From: Yuukianura sp. NJ FZ-2021
Taxonomy: Eukaryota
Assembly: GCA_046563655.1 (NCBI GenBank)
Contig: CM102287.1
Span: 1,736,001 to 1,800,000 of the forward strand
Reading direction: 5' to 3'
Length of the DNA: 64,000 nt
The number at the start of each line of letters is the position of its first letter. Position 1 is the first letter of the stretch. The notes beneath the pieces are model-generated. The model had not been told where the DNA came from, did not search any database, and saw only the letters and a list, made by a program, of their open reading frames with translations. Both the position numbers and the translations under genes were made by a program. Of this stretch, positions 52,955-64,000 are shown piece by piece.

Positions 52955-55900
52955 GTGGACTTGAGTGCCTATAGTACCGTAACCACGGCGTCAGGAACGA
53001 GGTCAAAGGTCAAGGCAGCAAATATATCCAAGATGGCGGACAAGAGCGATGATACTGGGACACCTAAGGCTGCTTCAGGAATTGTAGCAGCAGGGACCAG
53101 CATTAGCGTACTTCCGTCTACAGAAACAGACATCATGAAGAAACTGGTGAGGTCATTGAAAGACTTTTCTATGGATCTCCAGTATTTCCAAATGGAAATT
53201 GAAGAGTATGTAACTGCTCCAGCAACAGTCAATGGTACTGCTTTGGTCGTCGAACGTAAGAAACTGGATAATTTTGAATCTATGTTGAGTTCGATCAGAC
53301 AGGAAATTTACATGAATTGTGAAGACGATGACAAGCTTCGCGAACAGGCAAAGGAAATTAACATATGCGACAAATTCATAAAGAGGATTCGCACAAGGCT
53401 TATCTCTCTCGAGTCGAATGCTGGACTCTGCACCACAGGGGGACAGAGCCAAGGCACACAAATGAAGGTCAACATGCCCAAGTTGGAGTTGCCTACATTC
53501 AATGGAAAATACGAGGAATGGTTAAGTTACAGGGACTTAATGCTAACCTACGTTGTTAATAATGCTTCGCTTTCAGGAAGCCAGAAATTAGGTTATCTAC
53601 AACCAACCCTAAAGGGAGAGGCAGAGGAAACGTTGAAGTACTTTGACCTCAGCAATGGATCCTTCGAAGAGGCTTGGGAGACGCTGAAGGAGCGTTACGA
53701 GAACCCTCGTCAGATAATTTTTGCATTTTTGCAGAAAATGTTCAATTTTAAACCAATTGCGCAGGAGACTCCTCAGTCTTTACGCAAATTATTGGATGTA
53801 TTTAACATGTCCATTAGACAGTTGCAGGTTTTGAAAGAGCCTGTGTGTCACTGGGATTCTATACTTATCTTTTTGATTTTAGAAAAACTTTCGCCAGAGA
53901 CAAAAAAGGAATGGACAAAGAATTTCAAGGGAACGAACATGCCAGCATTTTCGGATGTCAAGGACTTCCTCGAGGATCATTTAAGATCACTCAATGTCAC
54001 TTCTGGTGATAAGTCGCGTAATGACAGTCAGAAGGCGATTGACAAGAACAAGGAAAGGAAGGTGCACACTGTGTCAGGCAGTCACCCGAAACCATGTCTT
54101 AAGTGTTCTGGAGAGCATGGATTATTCAAATGTCCAGAATTTGGAGCCTTGCCTCAGGACCAAAGGGAAAAGTACGTAAGGGCTAATAAACTCTGTCTGA
54201 ATTGTTTAAGGCCTGCGCACACTGCAGAAAATTGTCGTGCTCCTTTCACTTGCGGAAAGTGTAAGAAGAAGCACAATACACTCCTTCATCGTGAGAAACC
54301 ACAACCAAGGTCCGAAGGTCAACCAAGGTCAGAAGTTCAACCAAGGTCAGAAGGTCAACAAGGCACTTCGACATCAGCCAACCATTGCGCCGGTGCGCGT
54401 GTGGTTTTAGCCACAGCCATTGTCAATGTGCAAAATTCCCTTGGAGATCTTCAGAGTTGTCGAGTCCTACTCGATCAAGGTTCGGAATCTAATTTCATTT
54501 CAGAACGATGTGTAAAATTTTTAGGTCTGAACCGTCGTGGAACTGACGTCAGAATCACAGGGATTTCTGGAGCCATGGTGCAAAGGGCACTTGGGGAAAC
54601 GTCATTCCAAATTGAGTCAATGGCAAAAAATTACAAATTTACTGTTAATGCATTGATTTTACCCAAAGTAACAGGTACATTGCCATCATTTCAAATTAAT
54701 CCAAGTGATTGGACATTTTTGGACGAATTGGAGTTGGCCGATCCAGAATTTTACAAGCCAAATGACATTGACATTCTGATTGGAGGAGAATTCGTGGCTC
54801 GTCTCAAAACTGGTAAGAAGGTTCAAGGAGACCTTAATCATCCAGTAGCAGAAGAAACAGAACTCGGTTGGGTAATTTCCGGTCCAGTCAAACCAGGCCG
54901 TGTGGTGAGTGTGAACCACGCTTTAGTGGAAACTAATCAGATTTTGCAGAAATTTTGGGAATTGGAGAATGTCCCACACCACCAGCCACTGACAACAGAG
55001 GAGAAAGCCGCCGAGGCACATTTTGTAGCCACTCACTCCAGAAATGATGACGGAAGGTATGTTGTCAAGTTGCCATTCAAACAGAATTGCCAAAATTTAG
55101 GTTCATCCCGAGAAATAGCCCTGAGACGGCTGTACGGAATTGAACGGAGATTAGAAAAACATCCTGAACACAAGGTCGAGTACCGTAAGTTCATGAGTAA
55201 TTATGTTGAACTTGGTCACATGGTCCAGGTTCCCAAGTTGGGGGCAGGTGAGGTGATGGGAGTAACTAATTATTTTCCACATCACTTTGTACTAAAGGAT
55301 ACCAGCTCCACTACGAAATTGAGAGTCGTGTTTGATGGCTCTGCGGAAACGAGCAATGGAATTTCGCTTAACAAATGTCTAATGGTTGGTCCAACTGTAC
55401 AAAAGGACATATTCTCACATTTGCTCAATTTCAGGTCAAAAGAAATTGCTCTAAAGGCGGACATAGTGAAAATGTACCGTCAGTTTCTGGTTCATCCATT
55501 GGACCAAGACAAACAACGGATTCTCTGGAGAGACAGTCCGAAAGATGAAATTCAAGAATTCAGGTTGACTACAGTCACTTATGGCACAAGTTCAGCGCCA
55601 TTCCATGCTGTCAGATGCTTAAATCAACTTGCTGAGGATGAGGGACTTAAATACCCACGAGCAGCAGAGGTAATCAAAAATGATTTTTATGTTGATAATT
55701 TATTGACAGCGGTAGATACATCAACGGAGGCCAGTCAGCTGATTGCTGACTTGACCAGTCTTCTAAGCCTTGGACGCTTGGAACTATCAAAATTCGATTC
55801 GAACTCAAAAGAGGCACTTAAAGATGTTCCTGAGGACAGGAGAGGCAAGAATGACAATTTTAGTGACCTTGACGTGGACAGGGTCTTAGGAGTCTGCTGG

Positions 55901-58290
55901 GATTCGAATGTTGATGAATTCCACTTCCGTGGATTCTCATCTCAGCCAATTGGGATTTTAACCAAACGAATCATTTTGTCTAATATTTCTCGTGTTTTTG
56001 ATCCTCTAGGATTTTTAAGTCCTCTAACTGTGACAATCAAGATTTATTTTCAGGAATTATGGGAGCATGATCACAGGGGTCAGAAGCTCAAATGGGATGA
56101 TGAAATCCCAATAGAATTACAACAGCCGTGGAGAGAGTACATTGACGGGTTAAGTAAAATTAAATTGATTAAAATCCCCAGATTCTTAGGATTAGGTGGG
56201 GCCAGCCAAGTGGAAGTTCATGGATTTTCGGATTCATCTGAACATGCCTACTGTGCTGCAGTCTACATCAGATGTACTTTCCCGGATGGATCAATTGCCA
56301 CGAACTTAGCAGCAGCGAAAACGAAAGTGGCTCCTGCCAAGCAAGTCAGTCTCCCAAGATTGGAACTCTGTGGAGCACTTCTGCTTTCAAGGCTGATTCC
56401 CAAGGTAATGGAATCACTTAATCTAAAATGTTCTATTTCAGCTTGGTCAGACAGTGAAACTGTTCTGAAATGGATTCGGAATTCATCTCGTCGTTTCGTG
56501 ACATTCGTTGCGAACCGAGTCGCTGAAATACAGGAAGTACTACCAATGGAATCCTTGAATTTCGTACCAGGAATAGAAAATCCAGCTGATCTTGGCACTA
56601 GAGGAATCTGTGCAGAGGATTTAGCAATTCATCATTTTGGTGGAAGGGACCAATATGGTTAAGTGACCAAATGATACCTAATTTTGAGCCAGGGGGCAAG
56701 GTGAGTGAGCCTCCTGACTTAGAATTACGAAAGGTAAAGGTTAATCTCTCAATAATTGAGTTGAATTTCATGTTGAGGTTTTCAATCCTCATGAGGCTTA
56801 ATCGTGCAGTGGCATATGCCACAAGATTTATATTCAATTGTAGGAACAAGAAGCTGGGTCAAAGTCACACTGGAGACTTAACGGTAGCAGAAACTCACTC
56901 TGCATTCATGGTTTGTGTCAGATCCGCCCAATGGGATGACTTTTGGGAAGATATCACATTACTACAGAAGGGGAAACCAATTGGTAAGAGTAGTTCCATA
57001 AGTTCACTAAATCCGTTTCTAGATCAAGAAGGTGTACTGAGAGTCGGAGGCAGACTCCAGAATTCGGAAGCTCCAGATGAGCAGAAACACCAGATTATCA
57101 TCAGTGGACATCATTATCTGACACAACTAATCATTATGGACTACCACCGTAAGTTTCATCATGCAAATTATCAGCTGCTTTGGTCCAATCTGTCGAGAAG
57201 ATTTTGGATCATTCGGGCCCGAGTGGCCATTCGGAACATGATTCGGAGCTGCCTTCGTTGCAATAGAATGAAGGCTAAGATCACAGAACAACTCATGGGT
57301 AGCCTGCCCAAGGCCAGAGTCACTCCTTCGTCACCATTTAATCACTGTGGAGTTGACTATGCTGGACCGACTAAGCTCCAAGAAAAATACGGACGTGGGA
57401 AACGACAATTCAATGCCTATTTTTGCATCTTCGTTTGTTTCAGCACCAAAGCAGTTCACCTTGAGCCGGTGACTGATCTCACTACGGAGGCTTTTATAGC
57501 CACACTAAAAAGATTCATTTCCAGGAGGGGGCTCAGTACTAATATTTATTCAGATTGTGGGTCTAATTTTGTTGGTGCTGCTAATGAGTTAAAGGAGTGG
57601 CACTCAATTATCTCAAATTCTAAAGTATTTGATTTTTTGTCTTTTCAAGGTATTCAGTGGCATCTGAATCCACCCGATGCACCCCACATGGGAGGAATCT
57701 GGGAAGCAGGCGTAAAGTCTGCCAAATACAACATTAAGAGGGTCGTGGGAACAACTACGTTGACCCTAGAGGAGTACTATACACTGCTGAGCTCCGTGGA
57801 AGCTGTTCTGAATTCTCGTCCGATTTGTGCTAAGAGCCAAGATCCAGGAGACTACGAGGCACTAACTCCAGGCCACTTTCTTATTGGAAAGCCTCTCATG
57901 TCAATCCCGGAACTGGATCTACGAGAAATCAAGGAGAACCGTCTTTCCCGTTGGCAGAGAGTCCAGCAGATGACTCAACATTTTTGGAAGTGCTGGAGCG
58001 CAGAATACATCAATTCACTCCAACAGAGGAACAAGTGGAAGACCAAAGATGACAATTTAAAATTCGGAGATCTCGTTCTAATCAAAGATGAAGATACTCC
58101 GCCTCTGAATTGGAAGTTAGCACGGATTTCAGCTGTATTCCCCGGTGAAGATGGGCTTGTTCGTACTGTGGAAGTTACTTGGAAGTCAGCTGAGCTAAAT
58201 CACAAGGGTGAAATCATCAAACAAAAGGAACATGTCTACAAACGTCCAATTGTAAGAATCTGTAAATTATTAGACAAGGAATATTTGTAA
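52955..58290 (+). CDS. BEL/Pao gag-pol polyprotein with one frameshift near 56635
   Basis: LPTFNG gag motif, three Cys/His knuckles, protease LLDQGS, RT KLRVVFDGS/ADIVKMY/FYVDN, RNase H HGFSDSS/PRLEL/NPADLGTRG, integrase GVDYAGP/YSDCGSNF/GGIWEAGVK and a C-terminal GPY/F-like domain. Confidence 0.95.
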
Positions 58291-58721
58291 GTTTAGGATT
58301 TTACTCAATTAATACTTAGTGTAAGCTTTACGATTCAATTTAGGAATTAAGGTTTCAATTTTAATCAAATTTAACGTAAGTAGTTAGTTTGGTACTAGTT
58401 TAAGGAAACTGAGAATTTTTAACATTGGCCGTTCGAGTAATTTTGAATTTAATTTTTATAATGCAAATCAGAAGTGATCGTGATTGTATGTGACCTGTGT
58501 TTCCTAGTGAATTGGATGCTGACCAGGTCAAGCAAAGACTGGCCTGCCCGCTCCCAGGCGAGGGACTTAGTCCACCCTCAGGTCACCGAGGTCAGTTGAT
58601 GGTTCACTTCCCTACTCTGTCCTTGTATGTGTGAAGTACAATCACTTTTGATTTCATTTTTGCACTTATGCACTTTGTTTTGATTTTGGGATTTGAATCC
58701 GTGATTCAAATCGGAGGCCAG

Positions 58722-59268
58722 TGTTGAGAATACTTAGAAGTATCCCAAAAGGGAATAAGAATAAAATTAATATCAAAATGAAATGGGTTAGATTTAAGGA
58801 AATTAGGTTTAAATAGAAGTTAAGTTTACCTCAGAAGAGAGGAGAAGAGAATTTAATGTAAGATTAGGTGAGAAGTGTCAAAGGGTTAATGTTGATCCAC
58901 TTGAGTGGAGAATAGAATCAAAGGGGAAGGGTTAGCGTCTACTTTATGTGAAAATAGTACTACTGACTTGCGCACTAGAGCAGGGATAGTATGTGTAATT
59001 GTAAATCAACGCTTTCCATAAGGTAGAATCTCTCCCTCCTTTTTACTACAGAAAAGATACACCACAACAAGAGAGTCTTCAAGTAGCTTTTGCAGAGGCA
59101 GCAACTTACACATAGATTCTCACCTGTCACTTGTCACTTTTCAGTTCTCATTTTAATCACATTTCAATTAGTAGAGTAATGTTAGGTTTCAAGTTTTATT
59201 ATTAAATAAATGAATCAATTAGAAAACGTTCAGTGTTCAGAATCTGGCATTCCATCCAACAATCTTCA
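58722..59268 (+). repeat. 3' LTR
   Basis: Preceded by ggaggccag; only two differences from the 5' LTR seen by eye. Confidence 0.97.
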
Positions 59269-62200
59269 ATTTGGTGCATAAGATAAAGATGGTTATCAAC
59301 GGTAACAAAGGTAAATTCCATGTTTTAGTGTTTCAGGCTTTGTTGTATAGTTCACCACTTAGTTAAACCTAAATGACTGTTAGATTTATGCACTTGTTGC
59401 ATAGTAAAGTTGTGCTAAAATAAAATTTCGGATTGTTTTTGGACACAAGTTATTAAGATGCCCTTTATTTGAAGTGAACGATGTTAGTAAAACATACAAA
59501 AGTATTTCTTGAAAATTCCAACCAATAATTGCAAATAATGGTGAATGTTCAATTTTGATTTGGAAAGTGTTATAATCGAATATTCCCTGAAATTCCATAG
59601 GCAACTGAGTGATCGTGATTCCTGGTATCAAAGTGAGAACTCCTGGTTGGTATCTGGAGTGAGGGCAAGCTCGACATTTCACCGGCACTTCTGGTTTGTG
59701 CTCAAAGATGAACCCTGACAACATGTGGTTCACTGGATGATTTTGTCGTTGATGCAGTACGACAAAGTGGACCGGTATTTGATGCATAAGATAAAGATAG
59801 TTATCAACGGTAACAAAGGAAAATTCCATGTTTTAGTGTTTCAGGCTTTGTTGTATAGTTCACCACTTAGTTAAACCTAAATGACTGTTAGATTTATGCA
59901 CTTATTGCATAGTAAAGTTGTGCTAAAATAAAATTTCGGATTGTTTTTGGACACAAGTTATTAAGATGTCCTTTATTTGATGCGTACGATGTTAGTAAAA
60001 CATACAAAAGTATTTCTTGAAAATTCCAACCAATAACAGCAAATAATGTTGAATGTTCAATTTTGATTTGGAAAGCGTCATAATCGAATATTCCCTGAAA
60101 TTCCATAAGCAACTGAGTGATCGTGATTCCTAGTATCAAAGTGAGAACTCCTGGTTGGTATCTGGAGTGAGGGCAAGCTCGACATTTCACCGGCACTTCT
60201 CGTTTGGGCTCAAAGGTGAACCCTGACAACATGTGGTTCACTGGATGATTTTGTCGTTGATGTAGTACGACAAAGTGGACCGGTATTTGACGCATAACAT
60301 AAAGATGGTTATCAACGGTAACAAAGGTAAATTCCATGTTTTAGTGTTTCAGGCTTTGTTGTATAGTTCACCACTTAGTTAAACCTAAATGACTATTAGA
60401 TTTATGCACTTGTTGCATAGTAAAGTTTTTCTAAAATAAAATTTCGGATTGTTTTTGGACACAAGTTATTTAGATGTCCTTTATTTGATGTGAACGATGT
60501 TAGTAAAACATACAAAAGTATTTCCTAAAAATTCCAACCAATAATAGCAAATAATGTTGAATATTCAATTTTGATTTGGAAAGTGTTATAATCGAATATT
60601 CCTTGAAATTCCACAGGCAACTGAGTGATCGTGATTCCTAGTATCAAAGTGAGAACTCCTAGTTGGTATCTGGAGTGAGGGCAAGCTCGACATTTCACCG
60701 GCACTTCTCGTTTGTGCTCAAAGATGAACCCTGACAACATGTGGTTCACTGGATGATTTTGTCGTTGATGCAGTACGACAAAGTGGACCGGTATTTGATG
60801 CATAAGATAAAGATGGTTATCAACGGTAACAAAGGTAAATTCCATGTTTTAGTGTTTCAGGCTTTGTTGTATAGTTCACCACTTAGTTAAACCTAAATGA
60901 CTATTAGATTTATGCACTTGTTGCATAGTAAAGTTTTTGCTAAAATAAAATTTCGGATTGTTTTTGGACACAAGTTATTTAGATGTCCTTTATTTGATGT
61001 GAACGATGTTAGTAAAACATACAAAAGTATTTCCTAAAAATTCCAACCAATAATAGCAAATAATGTTGAATATTCAATTTTGATTTGGAAAGTGTTATAA
61101 TCGAATATTCCTTGAAATTCCATAGGCAACTGAGTGATCGTGATTCCTAGTATCAAAGTGAGAACTCCTAGTTGGTATCTGGAGTGAGGGCAAGCTCGAC
61201 ATTTCACCGGCACTTCTCGTTTGTGCTCAAAGATGAACCCTGACAACATGTGGTTCACTGGGTGATTTTGTCGTTGATGCAGTACGACAAAGTGGACCGG
61301 TATTTGATGCATAAGATAAAGATGGTTATCAACGGTAACAAAGGTAAATTCCATGTTTTAGTGTTTCAGGCTTTGTTGTATAGTTCACCCATTAGTTAAA
61401 CCTAAATGGCTATTAGATTTATGCACTTGTTGCATAGTAGAGTTGTGCTAAAATAGAATTTCGGACTGTTTTTGGACACAAGTTATTTAGATGTCCTTTA
61501 TTTGATGCGAACGATGTTAGTAAAACATACAAAAGTATTTCGTAAAAATTCCAACCAATAATAGCAAATAATGTTGAATGTTCAATTTTGATTTGGAAAG
61601 CGCCATAATCGAATATTCCCTGAAATTCCATAGGCAACTGAGTGATCGTGATTCCTAGTATCAAAGTGAGAACTCCTGGTTGGTATCTGGAGTGAGGGCA
61701 AGCTCGACATTTCACCGGCACTTCTCGTGTGTGCTCAAAGATGAACCCTGACAACATGTGGTTCACTGGGTGATTTTGTCGTTGATGCAGTACGACAAAG
61801 TGGACCGGTATTTGATGCATACCATGAAGATGGTTATCAACGGTAACAAAGGTAAATTCCATGTTTTAGTGTTTCAGGCTTTGTTGTATAGTTCACCCAT
61901 TAGTTAAACCTAAATGGCTATTAGATTTATGCACTTGTTGCATAGTAGAGTTGTGCTAAAATAGAATTTCGGACTGTTTTTGGACACAAGTTATTTAGAT
62001 GTCCTTTATTTGATGCGAACGATGTTAGTAAAACATACAAAAGTATTTCGTAAAAATTCCAACCAATAATAGCAAATAATGTTGAATGTTCAATTTTGAT
62101 TTGGAAAGCGTCATAATCGAATATTCCCTGAAATTCCATAGGCAACTGAGTGATCGTGATTGTTAGTATCAAGGTGAGAACTCCTGGTTGGAATCTGGAG
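59269..62200 (-). repeat. 508-bp satellite, ~6 more diverged copies
   Basis: Same unit with more substitutions and ORF-breaking stops. Confidence 0.96.
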
Positions 62201-63537
62201 ATGGATTCAATAGAGAATGGGAAAAAACCAAAACCAACCACAAACCTCGAAAAACTAAAACCAACCCAAAGCTAAACAGAAGTTGAAGCTCGGATTCAAT
62301 TGGAATCTTGAGTTCAGCTTCTCTCGGTTTGGGTTTCCAAGCTGAAACTGAGCCGATCGTCTCAAACCTATACCTCCTTACAAAAGCAAGTTGGGGCGGG
62401 AAAAATTTTGAATTGCAATTTCAAATTGACATTATGTTTACATAATCAGCTGACTTTTACAAAATCAAACTTTATAACCTTTTTACATTCCATATCATGC
62501 AAATTGTGTTTACCTAATCAGCTGACTTTTACAAAATCAAACTTTATAACCTTTTTACATTCCATATCATGCAAATTGTGTTTACCTAATCAGCTGACTT
62601 TTACAAAATCAAACTTTATAACCTTTTTACATTCCATATCATACGGATTTGTTCCCATCTCACTACTTTCAACTTTCAACTTTTCAGACAAGGAATAGGC
62701 ACTGACCACTACGGCGCTGACCTATCCCTTGCTTCATATGATGTATTCGATTAATTGTAACCGCCTCTTATGAATTTGTTTTTATTATAGGGAATGTTAC
62801 CAGTAATGAATTAGTTTCATTCCATTCCATCCCAAGTGTACCAATTAGATTTGGTTAGGGGCAATGTTTATTGGTAGAACCACCGGATGGTCAGAGCCAC
62901 GAAAATGGTCAGCGCTTCCGGTGAGTCCAAATCATTTGACATACCGGGAGAACGTTTAAGACATAAAACGACTTACTGTCACTGTTAGCAGGAATCTTAG
63001 CGTAATGTTCAAATGTGATGATTAGGTTACTGCAGATCTCATTTTAATAGTATAGTTACTCCCTCCACTGCATGAAAGTAAGAAGTTTCTCTATTCCGAA
63101 CAGGGAGCTGACGTCATGACTTTAATGTCACAACCACTGCACAATTAGTGTTGTTGCGTATGGTTTTTGACTTTACCACCTTTATATTCTAGCGGACTAC
63201 TGCGCTGACCACTTATTATGGCGCTGACAGTAGTCCTAAACAGTGGTAATTAGTAATTAGTAATGGAGAAGTAATGGGTAAACCAGTTCCAAGCCTGGTC
63301 TGGACCTGGATTGCAAAAAGCTTGGTTTTGGCTAACTTTTGGCTTACTCGAAAAGTCTATTGCATAAGCCAATGCAATAGACTTCACGTTTTCCCCTCTT
63401 TCGCTCGGTTTCGGCTAGGTTTGCAGATGGTTTCGGCTAGGTTTTCGCTTCAAAATTTTGGATTGCATAGGTTTTCGCTTGCAATCCGCTTCTAAGCATA
63501 AACCAAGCCGAACTCAATTCTCTATTGAATTCGACTA
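62201..63537. mobile_element. Non-coding ~1.3-kb insertion with subterminal inverted repeats (non-autonomous DNA element?)
   Basis: attcaatagagaat (62205-62218) is the reverse complement of attctctattgaat (63517-63530). ctggag occurs on both flanks and the satellite resumes in register. Confidence 0.6.
62435..62641. repeat. 72-bp minisatellite, ~3 copies
   Basis: tgtttacctaatcagctgacttttacaaaatc...tccatatcat repeated; the 24-aa repeat in the overlapping ORF reflects it. Confidence 0.92.
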
Positions 63538-64000
63538 CTGGAGTGAGGGCAAGCTCGACATTTCACCGGCACTTCTCGTTTGGGCTCAAAGGTGAACCCT
63601 GACAACAAGTGGTTCACTGGGTGATTTTGTCGTTGATGTAGTACGACAAAGTGGACCGGTATTTGATGCATAACATAAAGATGGTTATCAACGGTAACAA
63701 AGGTAAATTCCATGTTTTAGTGTTTCAGGCTTTGTTGTATAGTTCACCCATTAAGTTAAACCTAAATGACTATTAGATTTATGCACTTGTTGCATAGTAG
63801 AGTAGTGCTAAAATAAAATTTCGGATTGTTTTTGGACACAAGTTATTAAGATGTCCTTTATTTGAAGTGAACGATGTTAGTAAAACATACAAAAGTATTT
63901 CTTGAAAATTCCAACCAATAATTGCAAATAATGGTGAATGTTCAATTTTGATTTGGAAAGTGTTATAATCGAATATTCCCTGAAATTCCATAGGCAACTG
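63538..64000 (-). repeat. 508-bp satellite continuing to the window end
   Basis: Same unit. Confidence 0.95.

Larger units (their letters stand above)
52315..59268 (+). mobile_element. Full-length BEL/Pao LTR retrotransposon with 5-bp TSD ATTTG
   Basis: 547-bp LTRs TG...CA at both ends, TSD at 52310-52314 and 59269-59273, PBS, short purine-rich PPT, and gag-pro-RT-RH-IN order. Confidence 0.97.

Noticed and set aside
56598..56700. Programmed ribosomal frameshift in BEL pol
   Set aside because: BEL/Pao elements normally have one ORF, and the break falls inside a conserved motif; mutation or sequencing error is more likely.
62408..62698. 96-aa ORF with 24-aa repeats
   Set aside because: By-product of the 72-bp minisatellite; non-ATG start.

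Overview
Eukaryotic, repeat-rich heterochromatin-like DNA (spliceosomal introns present; probably an invertebrate) with no recognisable ordinary host gene. From left to right: (1) 1-9763, a 128-bp satellite co-amplified with a 5'-truncated LINE fragment in a ~1.28-kb unit and a ~6.8-kb higher-order repeat. (2) ~9764-13311, the 5' half of a Helentron/Helitron2 (spliced Rep). (3) 13312-13744, a probable solo LTR without a TSD. (4) 13745-21664, the remainder of a Polinton/Maverick: integrase, unknown ORF, packaging ATPase, disrupted intron-bearing pPolB and an intact spliced BIR+RING IAP, ending in CTACT inside a 508-bp satellite. (5) 21665-25725, 508-bp satellite, then a 100-N gap. (6) 25826-31757, the 3' half of a second, diverged Helentron (Pif1 helicase, AP endonuclease, convergent spliced RPA70-like gene, 3' hairpin). 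(7) 31758-64000, the 508-bp satellite in the opposite orientation, interrupted by a young full-length BEL/Pao LTR retrotransposon (52315-59268) and a ~1.3-kb non-coding insertion with inverted ends. Best novelty candidates: the Polinton with an intact intron-containing apoptosis inhibitor, and the LTR-bridged Helentron-Polinton chimera. All calls come from manual motif reading; no database searches were run.
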